A stretch of DNA of 64,000 bases, from assembly GCA_963765575.1 (NCBI GenBank), contig CAVXWZ010000011.1, positions 288,001 through 352,000 on the forward strand, written 5' to 3'. Below, in pieces: positions 20,387-30,069 of the stretch. The translations under genes and the position numbers were made by a program. Positions within the stretch are counted from its first letter, which is position 1, and each line of letters starts with the position of its first letter. The notes beneath the pieces were generated by a model. It was not told the DNA's origin and searched no databases. It was given only the letters and a program-made list of their open reading frames with translations. Origin of the DNA: an uncultured cyanobacterium. GTDB lineage: Bacteria; Cyanobacteriota; Cyanobacteriia; PCC-6307; Cyanobiaceae.

Positions 20387-20934
20387 ATCGGTGAGCTGAG
20401 CAGATTGGCGTCGCTGTAGAGGCCCAGGCTGGCACCGAGGTCCTGCTCCAGGGCGATCAGCTCATCGCGGTGGGCACGCAGCTTGAGGGCGCTGCCGGTG
20501 GCCTGATCGTGGCTGATCAAGCGCAGCTCCACGGTTTCGTCCCGGGCGGCGCGGCGGCGGTAGAGGAGGCCGGCGAGCGGCCCGAGCAGGGCCAGCAGCA
20601 GCGGCCACCAGCCCAGGGCCGGCTGCAGCTGGCGTATCACCAGCCCCAGGCAGCCGGCACCGAGGCTGCCCAGCAGCGAGAGCAGCACGGCCAGCAGCGG
20701 GCTGAAGCTCACCTGGCCTCGATAGAGCAGGCAGCGGCGCTCCGGGTCGGACTCCTGCGCCTGCCAGCCCCGCTGCTCCAGCCAGGCGCTGAGGGCGGGC
20801 AGCACCTCGAGGGCTGGCCTGGAACTGCGCACCTCCACGGTGGTGGTGCGGTCCTTGCTGGCGGCCCGCAGGAAAAACACCAGCCCGATGGCCAGCAGCA
20901 GGGTGAGCAGCAGGGTGGAGCCGGAGCTGGGCAT
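20383..20934 (-). CDS. ccb1: cofactor assembly of complex C subunit B (CCB1-like)
   Basis: STLLLTLLLAIGLVFFLRAASKDRT, three TM segments, AHRDEL. Confidence 0.8.
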   Translation of the reverse strand: MPSSGSTLLLTLLLAIGLVFFLRAASKDRTTTVEVRSSRPALEVLPALSAWLEQRGWQAQESDPERRCLLYRGQVSFSPLLAVLLSLLGSLGAGCLGLVIRQLQPALGWWPLLLALLGPLAGLLYRRRAARDETVELRLISHDQATGSALKLRAHRDELIALEQDLGASLGLYSDANLLSSPI

Positions 20935-21014
20935 CGGCTGATTCTGCTGGATCCGGCGCCGCCGTGCTGCCCAGCGCCCCGATGCAGCATGGGGGATCCA
21001 CCCCTGCCGCGCCG

Positions 21015-21689
21015 ATGACCGCCGCTCCCACCAGCAACCTGCCCGCTCCGGCCCGTTTTGCCGTCTTCGACGGAGACCTCGATGCCGCCTGGGCGGATCT
21101 CTACGGCCCGGCCCGGGCCCTGGCGGTGGACACCGAGGCGATGGGGCTGATTCACGGCCGCGACCGCCTCTGTCTGGTGCAGATCTGCGATGACCACGAC
21201 AACGTGGCCTGCATCCGCCTCGCCCGTGGCCAGAGCCAGGCCCCACGCCTGCAGGCCCTGATGGAGAGCCCCGCCATCGAGAAGGTGTTCCACTTCGCGC
21301 GCTTTGACGTGGCTGCCCTGGCTGAGAACCTGGCGATCACCGTGCAGCCGATCTTCTGCACCAAGGTGGCCAGTCGGCTGGCGCGCACCTACAGCCCCAG
21401 GCATGGGCTCAAGGAGGTGGTGCAGGAATTGGTGGGGGTTGAGCTCGACAAGCAGGCCCAGAGCTCCGACTGGGGGCAGGTGGAGGACCTCAGTGAGGCC
21501 CAGCTCGCCTATGCCGCGGGCGATGTGCGCTTTCTGCTGCCGGCCCGGGATCGGCTGGAAACAATGCTGAGGCGCGAGGACCGCTGGGACCTCGCCCAGC
21601 GCTGCTTCGGCTGCCTGCCGGTGATGGCGGAGCTGGACCGCAACCGCTACCACCTGTTGTTCGAGCACTCCAGTGGAGGCAACCGCTGA
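21015..21689 (+). CDS. rnd: ribonuclease D-like 3'-5' exonuclease
   Basis: AVDTEAMGL, RDRLCLVQI, FHFARFD, CTKVASRLARTY, YAAGDV. Confidence 0.9.
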   Translation: MTAAPTSNLPAPARFAVFDGDLDAAWADLYGPARALAVDTEAMGLIHGRDRLCLVQICDDHDNVACIRLARGQSQAPRLQALMESPAIEKVFHFARFDVAALAENLAITVQPIFCTKVASRLARTYSPRHGLKEVVQELVGVELDKQAQSSDWGQVEDLSEAQLAYAAGDVRFLLPARDRLETMLRREDRWDLAQRCFGCLPVMAELDRNRYHLLFEHSSGGNR

Positions 21690-21719
21690 GGCCCAGCTCA
21701 GGGCGCCGTTCGGGGCGGC

Positions 21720-21977
21720 TCAGTCCTCCACCATGAAGTACTCATCACTGCCCACCGCCTCGAGCTGGGAGGTGAGCAGCTGGTGGCGGTCGACGGCACT
21801 GCTCTGCTGCTCGGCCAGCAACTCCTCCGCCAGCGCCAGCTTGGCGTCCGGGTCGCGGATGCCGGCCTGGGCGGCCCGGATTTCCACCCGGCGACGGGCG
21901 GAGGCCAGGCTCACCCCCAGGGCGCTGGCCAGGCGCGCGCAGCTGGCGCAGTAGGCCCGATCGGAGATGCCGGCCAT
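21720..21977 (-). CDS. small hypothetical protein
   Basis: 85-aa ORF filling the gap after the lipid-A-synthase-like gene; LASALGVSLASARRRVE, ends FMVED. Confidence 0.7.
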   Translation of the reverse strand: MAGISDRAYCASCARLASALGVSLASARRRVEIRAAQAGIRDPDAKLALAEELLAEQQSSAVDRHQLLTSQLEAVGSDEYFMVED

Positions 21978-22004
21978 GGTGCGGCCATCCGGAAACAGAA
22001 CCCA

Positions 22005-23282
22005 TCATCCCAGTTCAGCGGCGGCAGGGGCCAACCCCAGCAGCCGCTCCTCCAGCAGCGCCGCCAGCCGCGTACTGCCGCCCGCCGGGCCCATGCGACG
22101 GCGGCCGACCGTGGCCAGCCGCAGGCGCCTGGGCTGGTCGTCGAGCAGCCGGCTGAGCCGGCCGGCCAGTTCCGCCGGGCTGTGGCAGGGCAGGACCGCC
22201 CCCCCCAGCAGACGGCTTTGGCGGCGGGCGAACCCGGCGTTGAACTGGGGGCCTGGCCCCGGCAGGGAGAGGGCCGGAATCCCAAGTCCCACCAGCTGTT
22301 CCGTGGCGGTGCCGGCGGTGGCCAGTCCCAGCTCCGCCCAGCCCGCCCAGGCCTCGAACCGGTTCTCACCACGCAGCAGGGTGATCCCGCCCCGCTGCCA
22401 GGCCCCATCGGCGCCCCAGGCCGCGGCGGCGCTGCTCAGGTCTGCGGCGCGCCAGCCCTGGCGCTGCAGCAACTCTGCCCAGCAGGCGCGATCTGGTTCA
22501 CTGCCGCAGGCCATCAGCACGGTGCTGGGCTGCGGCGCCGGCCACCGGGCCAGAGCCTCCAGCAGCCGGGCGCCATTGCCGAGGGCTTCCGGCATCCGGC
22601 TGCCCGGCAGCAGCAGCAGCCGGCGGCGTTGCTGCAGCCCCGGCGGCGGCCCGGCGCCGGCGAGACCATCCAGCATGGGGTTGCCGGGCGCCAGGGCCGG
22701 CACGCCCCGCCGCCGCAGCCCCCGGGCTGTGAGCCGGTCGCGCGTCGCCACCAGCCGGCAGCGGCGGCTGGCCATCAGCGCCCATTCCCAGGGATCCCAC
22801 TCGCTGCCCTTGCCGCGGTGGTAGCCATCGGCCAGCCGGCTTGCGCCCCAGCCTGGCGGCGGCGCTGACCGCCAGGTGTAATCGCTCTTGGGGGTGCCCA
22901 GAAAGGCAAAGGGCGCTCCGCTGCCCCAGGCCAGCGCCAGGGGCAGCAGGTCGCCAACGGCCAGCAGTGGAGCCCCGCTGCCACCCCAGCGGCGCACCCA
23001 GCGCCATTGCCGCCAGCTCAGCCCCACCAGTCCCGCCGCCAGGTCATCGGCCATTCCCCGCAGGCTCTGGTTGGAAAACCCACCGCTGGGCAGGGGCTGC
23101 CGGGGACCCACCCGCAGCAGCTCCCCAGCCCGCTCAGCCGCCGCAAAAGCGCGACCTTCCCCCACCAGCGGCAGCACCTGCACCTGCAGTTGGGGTTGCC
23201 GCTGTTTCAGTGCCTGGATCACCCGCAGGGCGATGGCATCCTCCCCGTGGCCGTTGCTCAGAACCAGCAGCAGGGGGGGCAT
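22005..23282 (-). CDS. lipid-A-disaccharide synthase-related protein
   Basis: LSNGHGED, LPLVGEG, PSGGFSNQ, GTPKSDY, AGTATEQLVGLG, GPQF. Confidence 0.88.
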   Translation of the reverse strand: MPPLLLVLSNGHGEDAIALRVIQALKQRQPQLQVQVLPLVGEGRAFAAAERAGELLRVGPRQPLPSGGFSNQSLRGMADDLAAGLVGLSWRQWRWVRRWGGSGAPLLAVGDLLPLALAWGSGAPFAFLGTPKSDYTWRSAPPPGWGASRLADGYHRGKGSEWDPWEWALMASRRCRLVATRDRLTARGLRRRGVPALAPGNPMLDGLAGAGPPPGLQQRRRLLLLPGSRMPEALGNGARLLEALARWPAPQPSTVLMACGSEPDRACWAELLQRQGWRAADLSSAAAAWGADGAWQRGGITLLRGENRFEAWAGWAELGLATAGTATEQLVGLGIPALSLPGPGPQFNAGFARRQSRLLGGAVLPCHSPAELAGRLSRLLDDQPRRLRLATVGRRRMGPAGGSTRLAALLEERLLGLAPAAAELG

Positions 23283-23326
23283 TCCATGGCTGATACGATC
23301 CGCTCGTGGGAGTCTGCTCCCCGGCT

Positions 23327-23397
23327 GGCGGCATGGCCAAGTGGTAAGGCAGAGGATTGCAAATCCTTTATCCCCAGTTCGAATCTGGGTGCCGCCT
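23327..23397 (+). tRNA. trnC: tRNA-Cys(GCA)
   Basis: GGCGGCA/TGCCGCC acceptor, GAGGA-TTGCAAA-TCCTT anticodon arm, GTTCGAATC. Confidence 0.97.
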
Positions 23398-23406
23398 TTT
23401 CTGTGA

Positions 23407-23967
23407 TCAGCGCGGTTGGCTTCCCGCCACCGCTGGCGCTGCCGAGAGGCTGGCCTCGGCGCTCCAGAGGGTTCCTTCGGGTCCGCGAGCCTGGCAGCTC
23501 ACCTGGGTGCGCTCCAGCTGGCAGTGACCGCGGGCCAGATGGGTACGCGGCAGGCCCATCACCAGGCCGCGGAGATCGAAGCGGGCGGCGGCCACGGTGG
23601 CCACCGCCAGCCGGGCGGGCCAGTGCGGATTGCAGCGTCCATCGTCGCCGCAGCGCATCGCCGTCTGCTCCGACTCCAGTACGCCTGCGAACACGAGGTG
23701 CTCCTGGGCGATCGGATCGAGTTGACCGGTGGCCAGGAAGCGCACGCTCAGCAGGCCCTGCAGGTTCTGCTCCAATCGCAGTCCCTGGCAGTCGTGACGC
23801 TGGCTGGAGCCCCCCTGCTGCCAGCTGCAGTCGCTGCTGGTGGTTTCCCAGCGCCCGAAATCAGCGGCCCGGACCCGGTCGTTCAGCAGTGACGGCGTGA
23901 GCGAACCGATGGCGGCCAGGACAGCGGCGAGCCCAGCGGCCCCGGTGCCGGGCGCCGCCGAGCTCAG
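23407..23967 (-). CDS. hypothetical exported Cys-containing protein
   Basis: Hydrophobic N-terminal segment, six spaced Cys; possible CTG start overlapping the upstream TGA. Confidence 0.55.
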   Translation of the reverse strand: MSSAAPGTGAAGLAAVLAAIGSLTPSLLNDRVRAADFGRWETTSSDCSWQQGGSSQRHDCQGLRLEQNLQGLLSVRFLATGQLDPIAQEHLVFAGVLESEQTAMRCGDDGRCNPHWPARLAVATVAAARFDLRGLVMGLPRTHLARGHCQLERTQVSCQARGPEGTLWSAEASLSAAPAVAGSQPR

Positions 23968-24149
23968 TAGTCCGAGTCGGCCACGCAGAAGCCCTGGCAG
24001 CTGATGCCATTGCTCGCCGTGCGCCCGCAGTGCTGACAGAGCACCGGATCGGTGGCCTCGGGCACGCGGGCGATGGGGCTGGAACACGGGTCGGCAGCGG
24101 TCGATGGGGCGGCGGTGTTGGGATCCTGCGCAGAGGGGAGATCTCCCAT
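23964..24149 (-). CDS. small Cys-rich hypothetical protein (61 aa)
   Basis: ATG at 24149, divergent from the AKR gene; C-terminal CQHCGRTASNGISCQGFCVADSDY. Confidence 0.65.
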   Translation of the reverse strand: MGDLPSAQDPNTAAPSTAADPCSSPIARVPEATDPVLCQHCGRTASNGISCQGFCVADSDY

Positions 24150-24182
24150 AGTGCGGTGGTGCTGCAGGCGGTTGAGCTCACC

Positions 24183-25166
24183 ATGGCGGATCCCCAGGCC
24201 CAGGTGCCCCTGCCGGCCATTGGCATCGGCACCTGGGCCTGGGGCAATCGCTTCCTCTGGGGTTACGACCCGGCCCAGGACGGCGAGTTGGAGTCCAGCT
24301 TCCGCCGGGCGCTGGAGCTGGGTCTCAGCTTTGTCGATACGGCTGATTCCTATGGCACCGGCCGCTGGAACGGTCGCAGTGAGAGCCTGCTGGGCGACTT
24401 CTGCAGCCGCTTGCCCGCAGACCTGGGTGGGCGGGTGCGGGTGGCCACCAAGCTGGCACCCTTCCCCTGGCGGTTGGGGCGGGGCGGACTGCGCCGTGCC
24501 TTCCAGGCCTCCCGCGGGCGACTGGCGGGCCATCTGCAACGGGTGCAGTTGCACTGGAGCACGGCCCGCTATGCCCCCTGGCAAGAGGATCCCCTGCTCG
24601 ACGGGCTGGCCGATCTGGTCCAGGCCGGGGAGGTCGCCGAGCTGGGCGTCTCGAACATGGGTCCACGGCGGCTGAGGCAGGTCCAGCGTCGCCTGGCCGG
24701 GCGGGGCGTGCGTCTCACCAGCCTGCAGGTGCAACTCTCGCTGCTGGCCCCGGAGCCCATCGCTCCCGGGGGGCTGGCTGCGGTCTGCCGGGACCTGGGC
24801 ATCGAGTTGATCGCCTACAGCCCCCTGGCCCTGGGTCTGCTGGCGCGCCGTGGTGTGGCCGGCGAGGGCCACACCCGTGGCCCCCGTGCCGCCCTGTTCC
24901 GGCGCCTGGAACCCCAGCTGGCTCCCCTGCGGAGCTGCATGGCCGCCATCGCCGCCCCCCATGGGGCTTCGCTGGCGGCGGTGGCCCTCAACTGGTGCCG
25001 GGCCCACGGGGCCCTGCCGGTCGTGGGGCTGCGCACCCGGGCCCAGGCCGACATGGCCGCGGGCGCCCTGGCCTGGAGGCTCAGTCCTGAGCAGACCCGA
25101 ACGCTTGATGATCTGGCCCTGGGGCTGGAGCGGCGCATGCCGGCGAATCCGTTCCAGAGCTCCTGA
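24183..25166 (+). CDS. aldo/keto reductase
   Basis: GIGTWAWG, DTADSYG, ATK, QLHW, GVSN, AYSPLALG. Confidence 0.92.
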   Translation: MADPQAQVPLPAIGIGTWAWGNRFLWGYDPAQDGELESSFRRALELGLSFVDTADSYGTGRWNGRSESLLGDFCSRLPADLGGRVRVATKLAPFPWRLGRGGLRRAFQASRGRLAGHLQRVQLHWSTARYAPWQEDPLLDGLADLVQAGEVAELGVSNMGPRRLRQVQRRLAGRGVRLTSLQVQLSLLAPEPIAPGGLAAVCRDLGIELIAYSPLALGLLARRGVAGEGHTRGPRAALFRRLEPQLAPLRSCMAAIAAPHGASLAAVALNWCRAHGALPVVGLRTRAQADMAAGALAWRLSPEQTRTLDDLALGLERRMPANPFQSS

Positions 25167-25779
25167 ACGCCGGCGTCAGCACCACCGGCAGCACCTGGGG
25201 GGGAGCCTGGGAGGAGTCGCCAGGGCCGCTGCAGGCGTTGAGGGCCTCCTGAAGCAGGGAATCAAAGGTGGCGCCGGACAGCCGGTGCCGGGCCAGTTCC
25301 AGGAAGGCGCGAGCCAGGGATTCATCGGCCGCGGCCTGCAGCGCCGGGTTGGTGCGGCGGCACTCCTGCTCCTCGCCGATGGCGCGCATGAAGCGCTCGG
25401 TCACGTCGCGCTTGGTGGCGGCGCGGATGCGGGTGTCCTCATCGAGGGCTCCGGCATGGCCGAGGTTGCCCGTTTCTGCCAGCCGGTGGCAGAGGCTTTC
25501 GTGCATCTCCCGGGTCTCCTGGAGGAGCCGTGACAGCTGGCCATCGGACAGCCGGGGCAAGTCGGCCACATACACCCGGCCGTGATCGCGCAGCGTCAGA
25601 TAGGTGGGGCGCAGGCCACGGTTCAGGGGATTGTTGAGGGGAGCGCGGGGACGTTGGGGACGCACCGGCGGCAGCGGTCCGGCTGAACTGCGCCGGCGGG
25701 TCAGGCGTTGACCGGCTTCACGGGGAACGGTTTCGCGTTGAACGGATTCAAAGGAGCTCTGGGACGGGTTATTCAGCAT
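25081..25779 (-). CDS. hypothetical protein
   Basis: Coherent ORF downstream of purM; RPTYLTLRDHGRVYVADLPRLSDGQL, AADESLARAFLELARHRL. Confidence 0.7.
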   Translation of the reverse strand: MLNNPSQSSFESVQRETVPREAGQRLTRRRSSAGPLPPVRPQRPRAPLNNPLNRGLRPTYLTLRDHGRVYVADLPRLSDGQLSRLLQETREMHESLCHRLAETGNLGHAGALDEDTRIRAATKRDVTERFMRAIGEEQECRRTNPALQAAADESLARAFLELARHRLSGATFDSLLQEALNACSGPGDSSQAPPQVLPVVLTPAFRSSGTDSPACAAPAPGPDHQAFGSAQD

Positions 25780-25900
25780 GCGGATACTCTTCGACGCAAA
25801 TCGATGACTTCAGGAAGGACCCCTGCTCCCCGGCCTCAGGGATCCATGGCCTGCCGGAGTCGGGGACTGGCCCGCACCCTAGGCAGGCGGGCCGGGCCCC

Positions 25901-26950
25901 TCAGGCGGGCAGGCCCGCCAGCGCCATCCCGGAGGGGAGCGCACCCGACCCCACCTCCCCCAGCACCCAGGCGGGATGCCCGCTCTGATGGCAGATCTCC
26001 AGGGCTCGATCGGTGGCGGCGGCGGGCAGCACCAGGCAGAAGCCCACGCCCAGATTGAAGGTGTTCCAGAGGTCGGGTTCGGGCACCTCGCCGGCATCCT
26101 GCAACCAGCGGAAGATGGGAGGGCGCGGCCAGCTGCAGGGGTCGATGGCCCCGTGCAATCCCGGCGGCAGGCAGCGCGGCAGGTTTTCCGGCAGCCCGCC
26201 GCCGGTGATGTGGGCCATGCCGTGCACCGGAATCTTGGCGCCCAGGAGTGCCTGCACCAGCTCGGCATAGAGCCGGGTTGGGTGGAGCAGAACCTCGATG
26301 ATCGGGCGCTCCTCGCCGGGAAGGGGGGCATCGGCGGCGAGGCCGTGGTGCTGTCGCTGGTCGTCGAGAATGCGCCGCACGAGGCTGAAGCCGTTGCTGT
26401 GCACGCCGCTGCTGGCCACGGCAAGGATGCGGTCGCCGGCCTCGATCCGGCTGCCATCGATCAGGGCATCGGCCTCCACCACCGCCACGCAGAATCCGGC
26501 GAGGTCGTAGCGGCCGGGGCCATAGAAACCGGGCATTTCGGCGGTTTCCCCGCCCAACAGCGCGCAGCCGCTCTGCCGGCAGCCATCAGCGATGCCCTCC
26601 ACCACGGCCGCCAGGGCGTCGGGACTGAGCTTGCCGGTGGCGATGTAATCGAGAAAGAACAGGGGCGCGGCGCCGCTGGTGATCACGTCGTTCACGCACA
26701 TGGCCACCAGATCGATGCCCACCTCGTGGTGCCGGCCGTGGGCCTGGGCCAGTTCGAGCTTGGTGCCCACCCCGTCGCTGCCGGCCACCAGCAGGGGCTG
26801 GCGCAGGCCGGCCGGCAGCCGGCAGAGGCCTCCGAAGCCGCCCAGCCCACCCATCACCTCGGGCCTCCGGGTCGATTCCACGCTCGCCCGAATGCGCTCG
26901 ATGAAGGCGCGTCCCGCCATCACATCCACGCCGGCGCTGCGGTAGTCCAT
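25901..26950 (-). CDS. purM: phosphoribosylformylglycinamidine cyclo-ligase
   Basis: [37 protein letters not shown]. Confidence 0.97.
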   Translation of the reverse strand: MDYRSAGVDVMAGRAFIERIRASVESTRRPEVMGGLGGFGGLCRLPAGLRQPLLVAGSDGVGTKLELAQAHGRHHEVGIDLVAMCVNDVITSGAAPLFFLDYIATGKLSPDALAAVVEGIADGCRQSGCALLGGETAEMPGFYGPGRYDLAGFCVAVVEADALIDGSRIEAGDRILAVASSGVHSNGFSLVRRILDDQRQHHGLAADAPLPGEERPIIEVLLHPTRLYAELVQALLGAKIPVHGMAHITGGGLPENLPRCLPPGLHGAIDPCSWPRPPIFRWLQDAGEVPEPDLWNTFNLGVGFCLVLPAAATDRALEICHQSGHPAWVLGEVGSGALPSGMALAGLPA

Positions 26951-27362
26951 GGCTGCTTGCCTGTCGCGACAGTGGGTGGAAGCAGTGATCCTGCGATGGC
27001 GGGCGCCACGCCCAGGAGGCGATCAGCAGGCCCGGGTGGTAGACGCCTTCCAGATTGGCACAGCTAAGAATGAGTTGCGCTTATGAACTCAATTCAATCT
27101 GCTGATCGTTCGTTGGCTTGCTTGCCGGGGGGAAGCCCTGTCATCGCCGGCAATTTCATCACAGATCATGAAATCTGATGCCTGATGCTCCGCTCCGTGG
27201 GAGTGGAACCTTCCCAGCAAGTCCCTTACGTTGGCGCAGTTCTCTGTTTGTCGAGGAGCTCCCCCGCGATTCTCTCGATTCCCTTATCAGGGCATTGGCG
27301 ATCGCCGGCACAGTGATTCCTGATTTCAGGGGTCTCCGTTCCGTCAAGGAGTTTCGTTTGTT

Positions 27363-27872
27363 ATGCGACGCACCGTTTCACCTAGGGCCGTTGCCCTGCT
27401 GCTGTCCGGCGCCGCCGCTCTTGTCGGCACCGCCACCCCCGCCATCGCCGGCACCATCCAGCCCTCCCCTCGGCCGATGGCCGTGCTGGATCTCGAGCCG
27501 CTGACCCCCTTCCGGCTCGATTCAGCCCCCTTGGCCCCCCTGGCTCCGCCGTCCCTTCTGGCCTCCGCACCCACCGTGCTGAACGTGAGCCAGGGCACCG
27601 CCAGCTGGTATGGCCCGGGCTTCTTCGGCAACCGCACCGCCAATGGCGAAGTGTTCCGTCCCGGCACCCTCACGGCCGCCCACCGCACGCTGCCGTTTGG
27701 CACCCGGGTGCGGGTGACCAACCTCAACAATGGCCGTAGCGCTGTGGTGCGCATCAATGACCGCGGACCTTTCACAGGCAATCGGGTGATCGACCTTGCC
27801 CATGGCGCCGCCCATGAACTGGGTCTGGTTTCCAGTGGTCTGGCTCCCGTGAAGCTCGAAGTGCTGCGCTGA
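27363..27872 (+). CDS. rlpA: septal ring lytic transglycosylase RlpA family
   Basis: Signal peptide; ASWYGPGF, TANGE, TAAHRTLPFG, VRINDRGPF, RVIDL. Confidence 0.93.
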   Translation: MRRTVSPRAVALLLSGAAALVGTATPAIAGTIQPSPRPMAVLDLEPLTPFRLDSAPLAPLAPPSLLASAPTVLNVSQGTASWYGPGFFGNRTANGEVFRPGTLTAAHRTLPFGTRVRVTNLNNGRSAVVRINDRGPFTGNRVIDLAHGAAHELGLVSSGLAPVKLEVLR

Positions 27873-27917
27873 GTCCGGGCCTGACCGCCCGCTCCGGCAG
27901 CATCCAGACGCCATGTC

Positions 27918-27949
27918 GCCCACCCGCCGACCATGCGGGTGGGCTTTTT
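27918..27949 (+). terminator. intrinsic terminator of rlpA
   Basis: GCCCACCCGC/GCGGGTGGGC stem plus T5. Confidence 0.85.
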
Positions 27950-27985
27950 GCTGGGCTGACCTGGTTTCCCCCTGCCCGTCCCCTG

Positions 27986-29560
27986 ATGCAGTTGCTCCGG
28001 ACTCGCCGTGATCTGCTCGCCTGGCGCCACCGGGTGGGTGGTCCCGTGCATTTCGTGCCCACGATGGGCGCTTTGCACGCCGGTCACCTGGCCTTGATCC
28101 GCCGCGCGGCCCAGCCCCGGGGGGCGGGCCCACCGGCGGTTCTGGTGAGCATCTACGTGAATCCGCTCCAGTTCGGCCCCCGGGAGGATTTCCAGCGCTA
28201 TCCCCGTGATCTGGAGAGTGATCTGGCGCTGGCCTCAGCCGCCGGTGCCCAGGCCCTGTTCGCCCCCGAGGTGGACCAGATCCAGCCGGCAGGGGTGGAG
28301 GGCCTCACCCGCATCCAGCCCCCTGCCCGGCTGCTGCGCAGCCTCTGTGCCCCGAGAAGGCCGGGGCATTTCGAAGGCGTTGCCACCGTGGTGGTGCGCC
28401 TGCTGGCCCTGGTGCGGCCGGCCCGGCTGCTGCTGGGCGAGAAGGACTGGCAGCAACTGGTGATCCTGCGGCGGGTGCTCGCCGACCTTGGCCTGCCGGT
28501 GGTGGTGGAGGGTTGCGCCACGGTGCGGGAGGCCGATGGGTTGGCCTGCAGCTCCCGCAACCGCACCCTCAACCCCCTCGAACGTCGGCAGGCCGCTGCG
28601 CTGCCGGCCGCGCTGGCGGCCACCAGCCGTGCTCTGGCCCAGCAGCCCCAGGGCGACCTGGCCCTGGACGGGGCGCCTGCTCCCGCCATGGCGCTGCGCC
28701 AGGCGCTGGAGCAGGCCGGTGCCGTGGTGGAGTATGCAGAGCTGGTGTCGGCCCATGGCCTGGCGCCCCTGTCCCGTCCCGCGGGACTGTGTGTGTTGGC
28801 GGCCGCCATCCGCTGCGGCTCCAGCCGCCTGATCGATCACACCCTTCTGATGAGCCGTTCGCCGATCGTTGCCATCGATGGACCGGCCGGAGCCGGCAAG
28901 AGCACGGTGACCCGTGCCCTGGCCGAACGCCTGGGACTGCTCTATCTCGATACCGGTGCCATGTACCGGGCGGTGACCTGGTGGGTGCAGCACCAGGGGG
29001 TCGATCCAGCCGACGCCGCCGCCGTGGAGCGCTGTCTGCAGGGGCTGGAGCTGCAGCTGGGCAGCGGCAGCGGCGGCGAGCCCACGGTGCACATCCAGGG
29101 CCATGAGGTGAGCGCGGCGATCCGCAGTCCCGAGGTCACCGGCCGGGTGTCGCAGGTGGCAGCCCATGGCTGTGTGCGCGCAGCCCTCACCGCCCAGCAA
29201 CGGGCCATGGGGCTACGGGGCGGGCTGGTGGCGGAGGGCCGGGACATCGGCACGGCCGTCTTCCCCGACGCCGAACTCAAGGTGTTTCTCACCGCCACCG
29301 TGGCGGAGCGGGCCCGACGCCGGGCCCTTGACCTGGAGCAGCGCGGCTTTGCCGTGCCTCCCCTGGCGGACCTGGAGGCCCAGATCGCTGAGCGGGACCA
29401 TCTCGATTCCACCCGGGCGGTGGCACCGCTGCAGCAGGCCGATGACGCCGAAGAATTGGTGAGTGACGGCATGACCATCGAAGCGGTGATCCAGGCCCTG
29501 GTGGATCGCTTCCGTGAGCGGGTGCCGGAGGAGGCCTGGCCGGCGCCCGGGGCCGCCTGA
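27986..29560 (+). CDS. panC/cmk: bifunctional pantoate--beta-alanine ligase / cytidylate kinase
   Basis: PTMGALHAGH, GEKDWQQ, SSRN followed by IDGPAGAGKST, DTGAMYR, EGRDIGT. Confidence 0.96.
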   Translation: MQLLRTRRDLLAWRHRVGGPVHFVPTMGALHAGHLALIRRAAQPRGAGPPAVLVSIYVNPLQFGPREDFQRYPRDLESDLALASAAGAQALFAPEVDQIQPAGVEGLTRIQPPARLLRSLCAPRRPGHFEGVATVVVRLLALVRPARLLLGEKDWQQLVILRRVLADLGLPVVVEGCATVREADGLACSSRNRTLNPLERRQAAALPAALAATSRALAQQPQGDLALDGAPAPAMALRQALEQAGAVVEYAELVSAHGLAPLSRPAGLCVLAAAIRCGSSRLIDHTLLMSRSPIVAIDGPAGAGKSTVTRALAERLGLLYLDTGAMYRAVTWWVQHQGVDPADAAAVERCLQGLELQLGSGSGGEPTVHIQGHEVSAAIRSPEVTGRVSQVAAHGCVRAALTAQQRAMGLRGGLVAEGRDIGTAVFPDAELKVFLTATVAERARRRALDLEQRGFAVPPLADLEAQIAERDHLDSTRAVAPLQQADDAEELVSDGMTIEAVIQALVDRFRERVPEEAWPAPGAA

Positions 29561-29583
29561 GCCCAGGGCCTGGGCCCAGACCC

Positions 29584-30069
29584 TCAGCGTTGTTCGAGCG
29601 CCAGCAGCAGGCCCTCACAGGCGTCGTCGAGCAGATCCAGCACCAGCTCGAATCCCTCCTCTCCGCCGTAGTAAGGATCGGGAACCTCGTTGGCGCTCAG
29701 GCGACGGCAGTGGCGCACCAGCGGCTCGATCACGGCGCACTTGGCGCCTGGCGGTTGGCTGCGGGCCAGGGCCTCCACCGCGGCCAGGTTGTCGGCATCC
29801 ATGGTGAGGATGCGATCGAAGCGCCCCAGGTCGGCGGGCTCCAGCTGCCGGGCCCGGCTGGTCAGGGCAATGCCGCGGCTGGCGGCGGCGCTGCGCATGC
29901 GCGCATCGGCCGGTTTGCCCACATGCCAGGCGCCGGTGCCGGCCGAATCCACTGCATAGCGGTGCTGCAATCCCGCTTGCTCCAGGTGCTGCAGGAATAC
30001 CCCTTCGGCGGCGGGGGAGCGGCAGATGTTGCCGAGGCACACGAACAGCACCCGCTGACTGATGCTCAT
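29584..30069 (-). CDS. low molecular weight protein-tyrosine phosphatase
   Basis: VCLGNICRS and DPYY motifs. Confidence 0.95.
   Translation of the reverse strand: MSISQRVLFVCLGNICRSPAAEGVFLQHLEQAGLQHRYAVDSAGTGAWHVGKPADARMRSAAASRGIALTSRARQLEPADLGRFDRILTMDADNLAAVEALARSQPPGAKCAVIEPLVRHCRRLSANEVPDPYYGGEEGFELVLDLLDDACEGLLLALEQR

Noticed and set aside
27986..29560. PanC-Cmk fusion as a novelty
   Set aside because: Well-known cyanobacterial fusion
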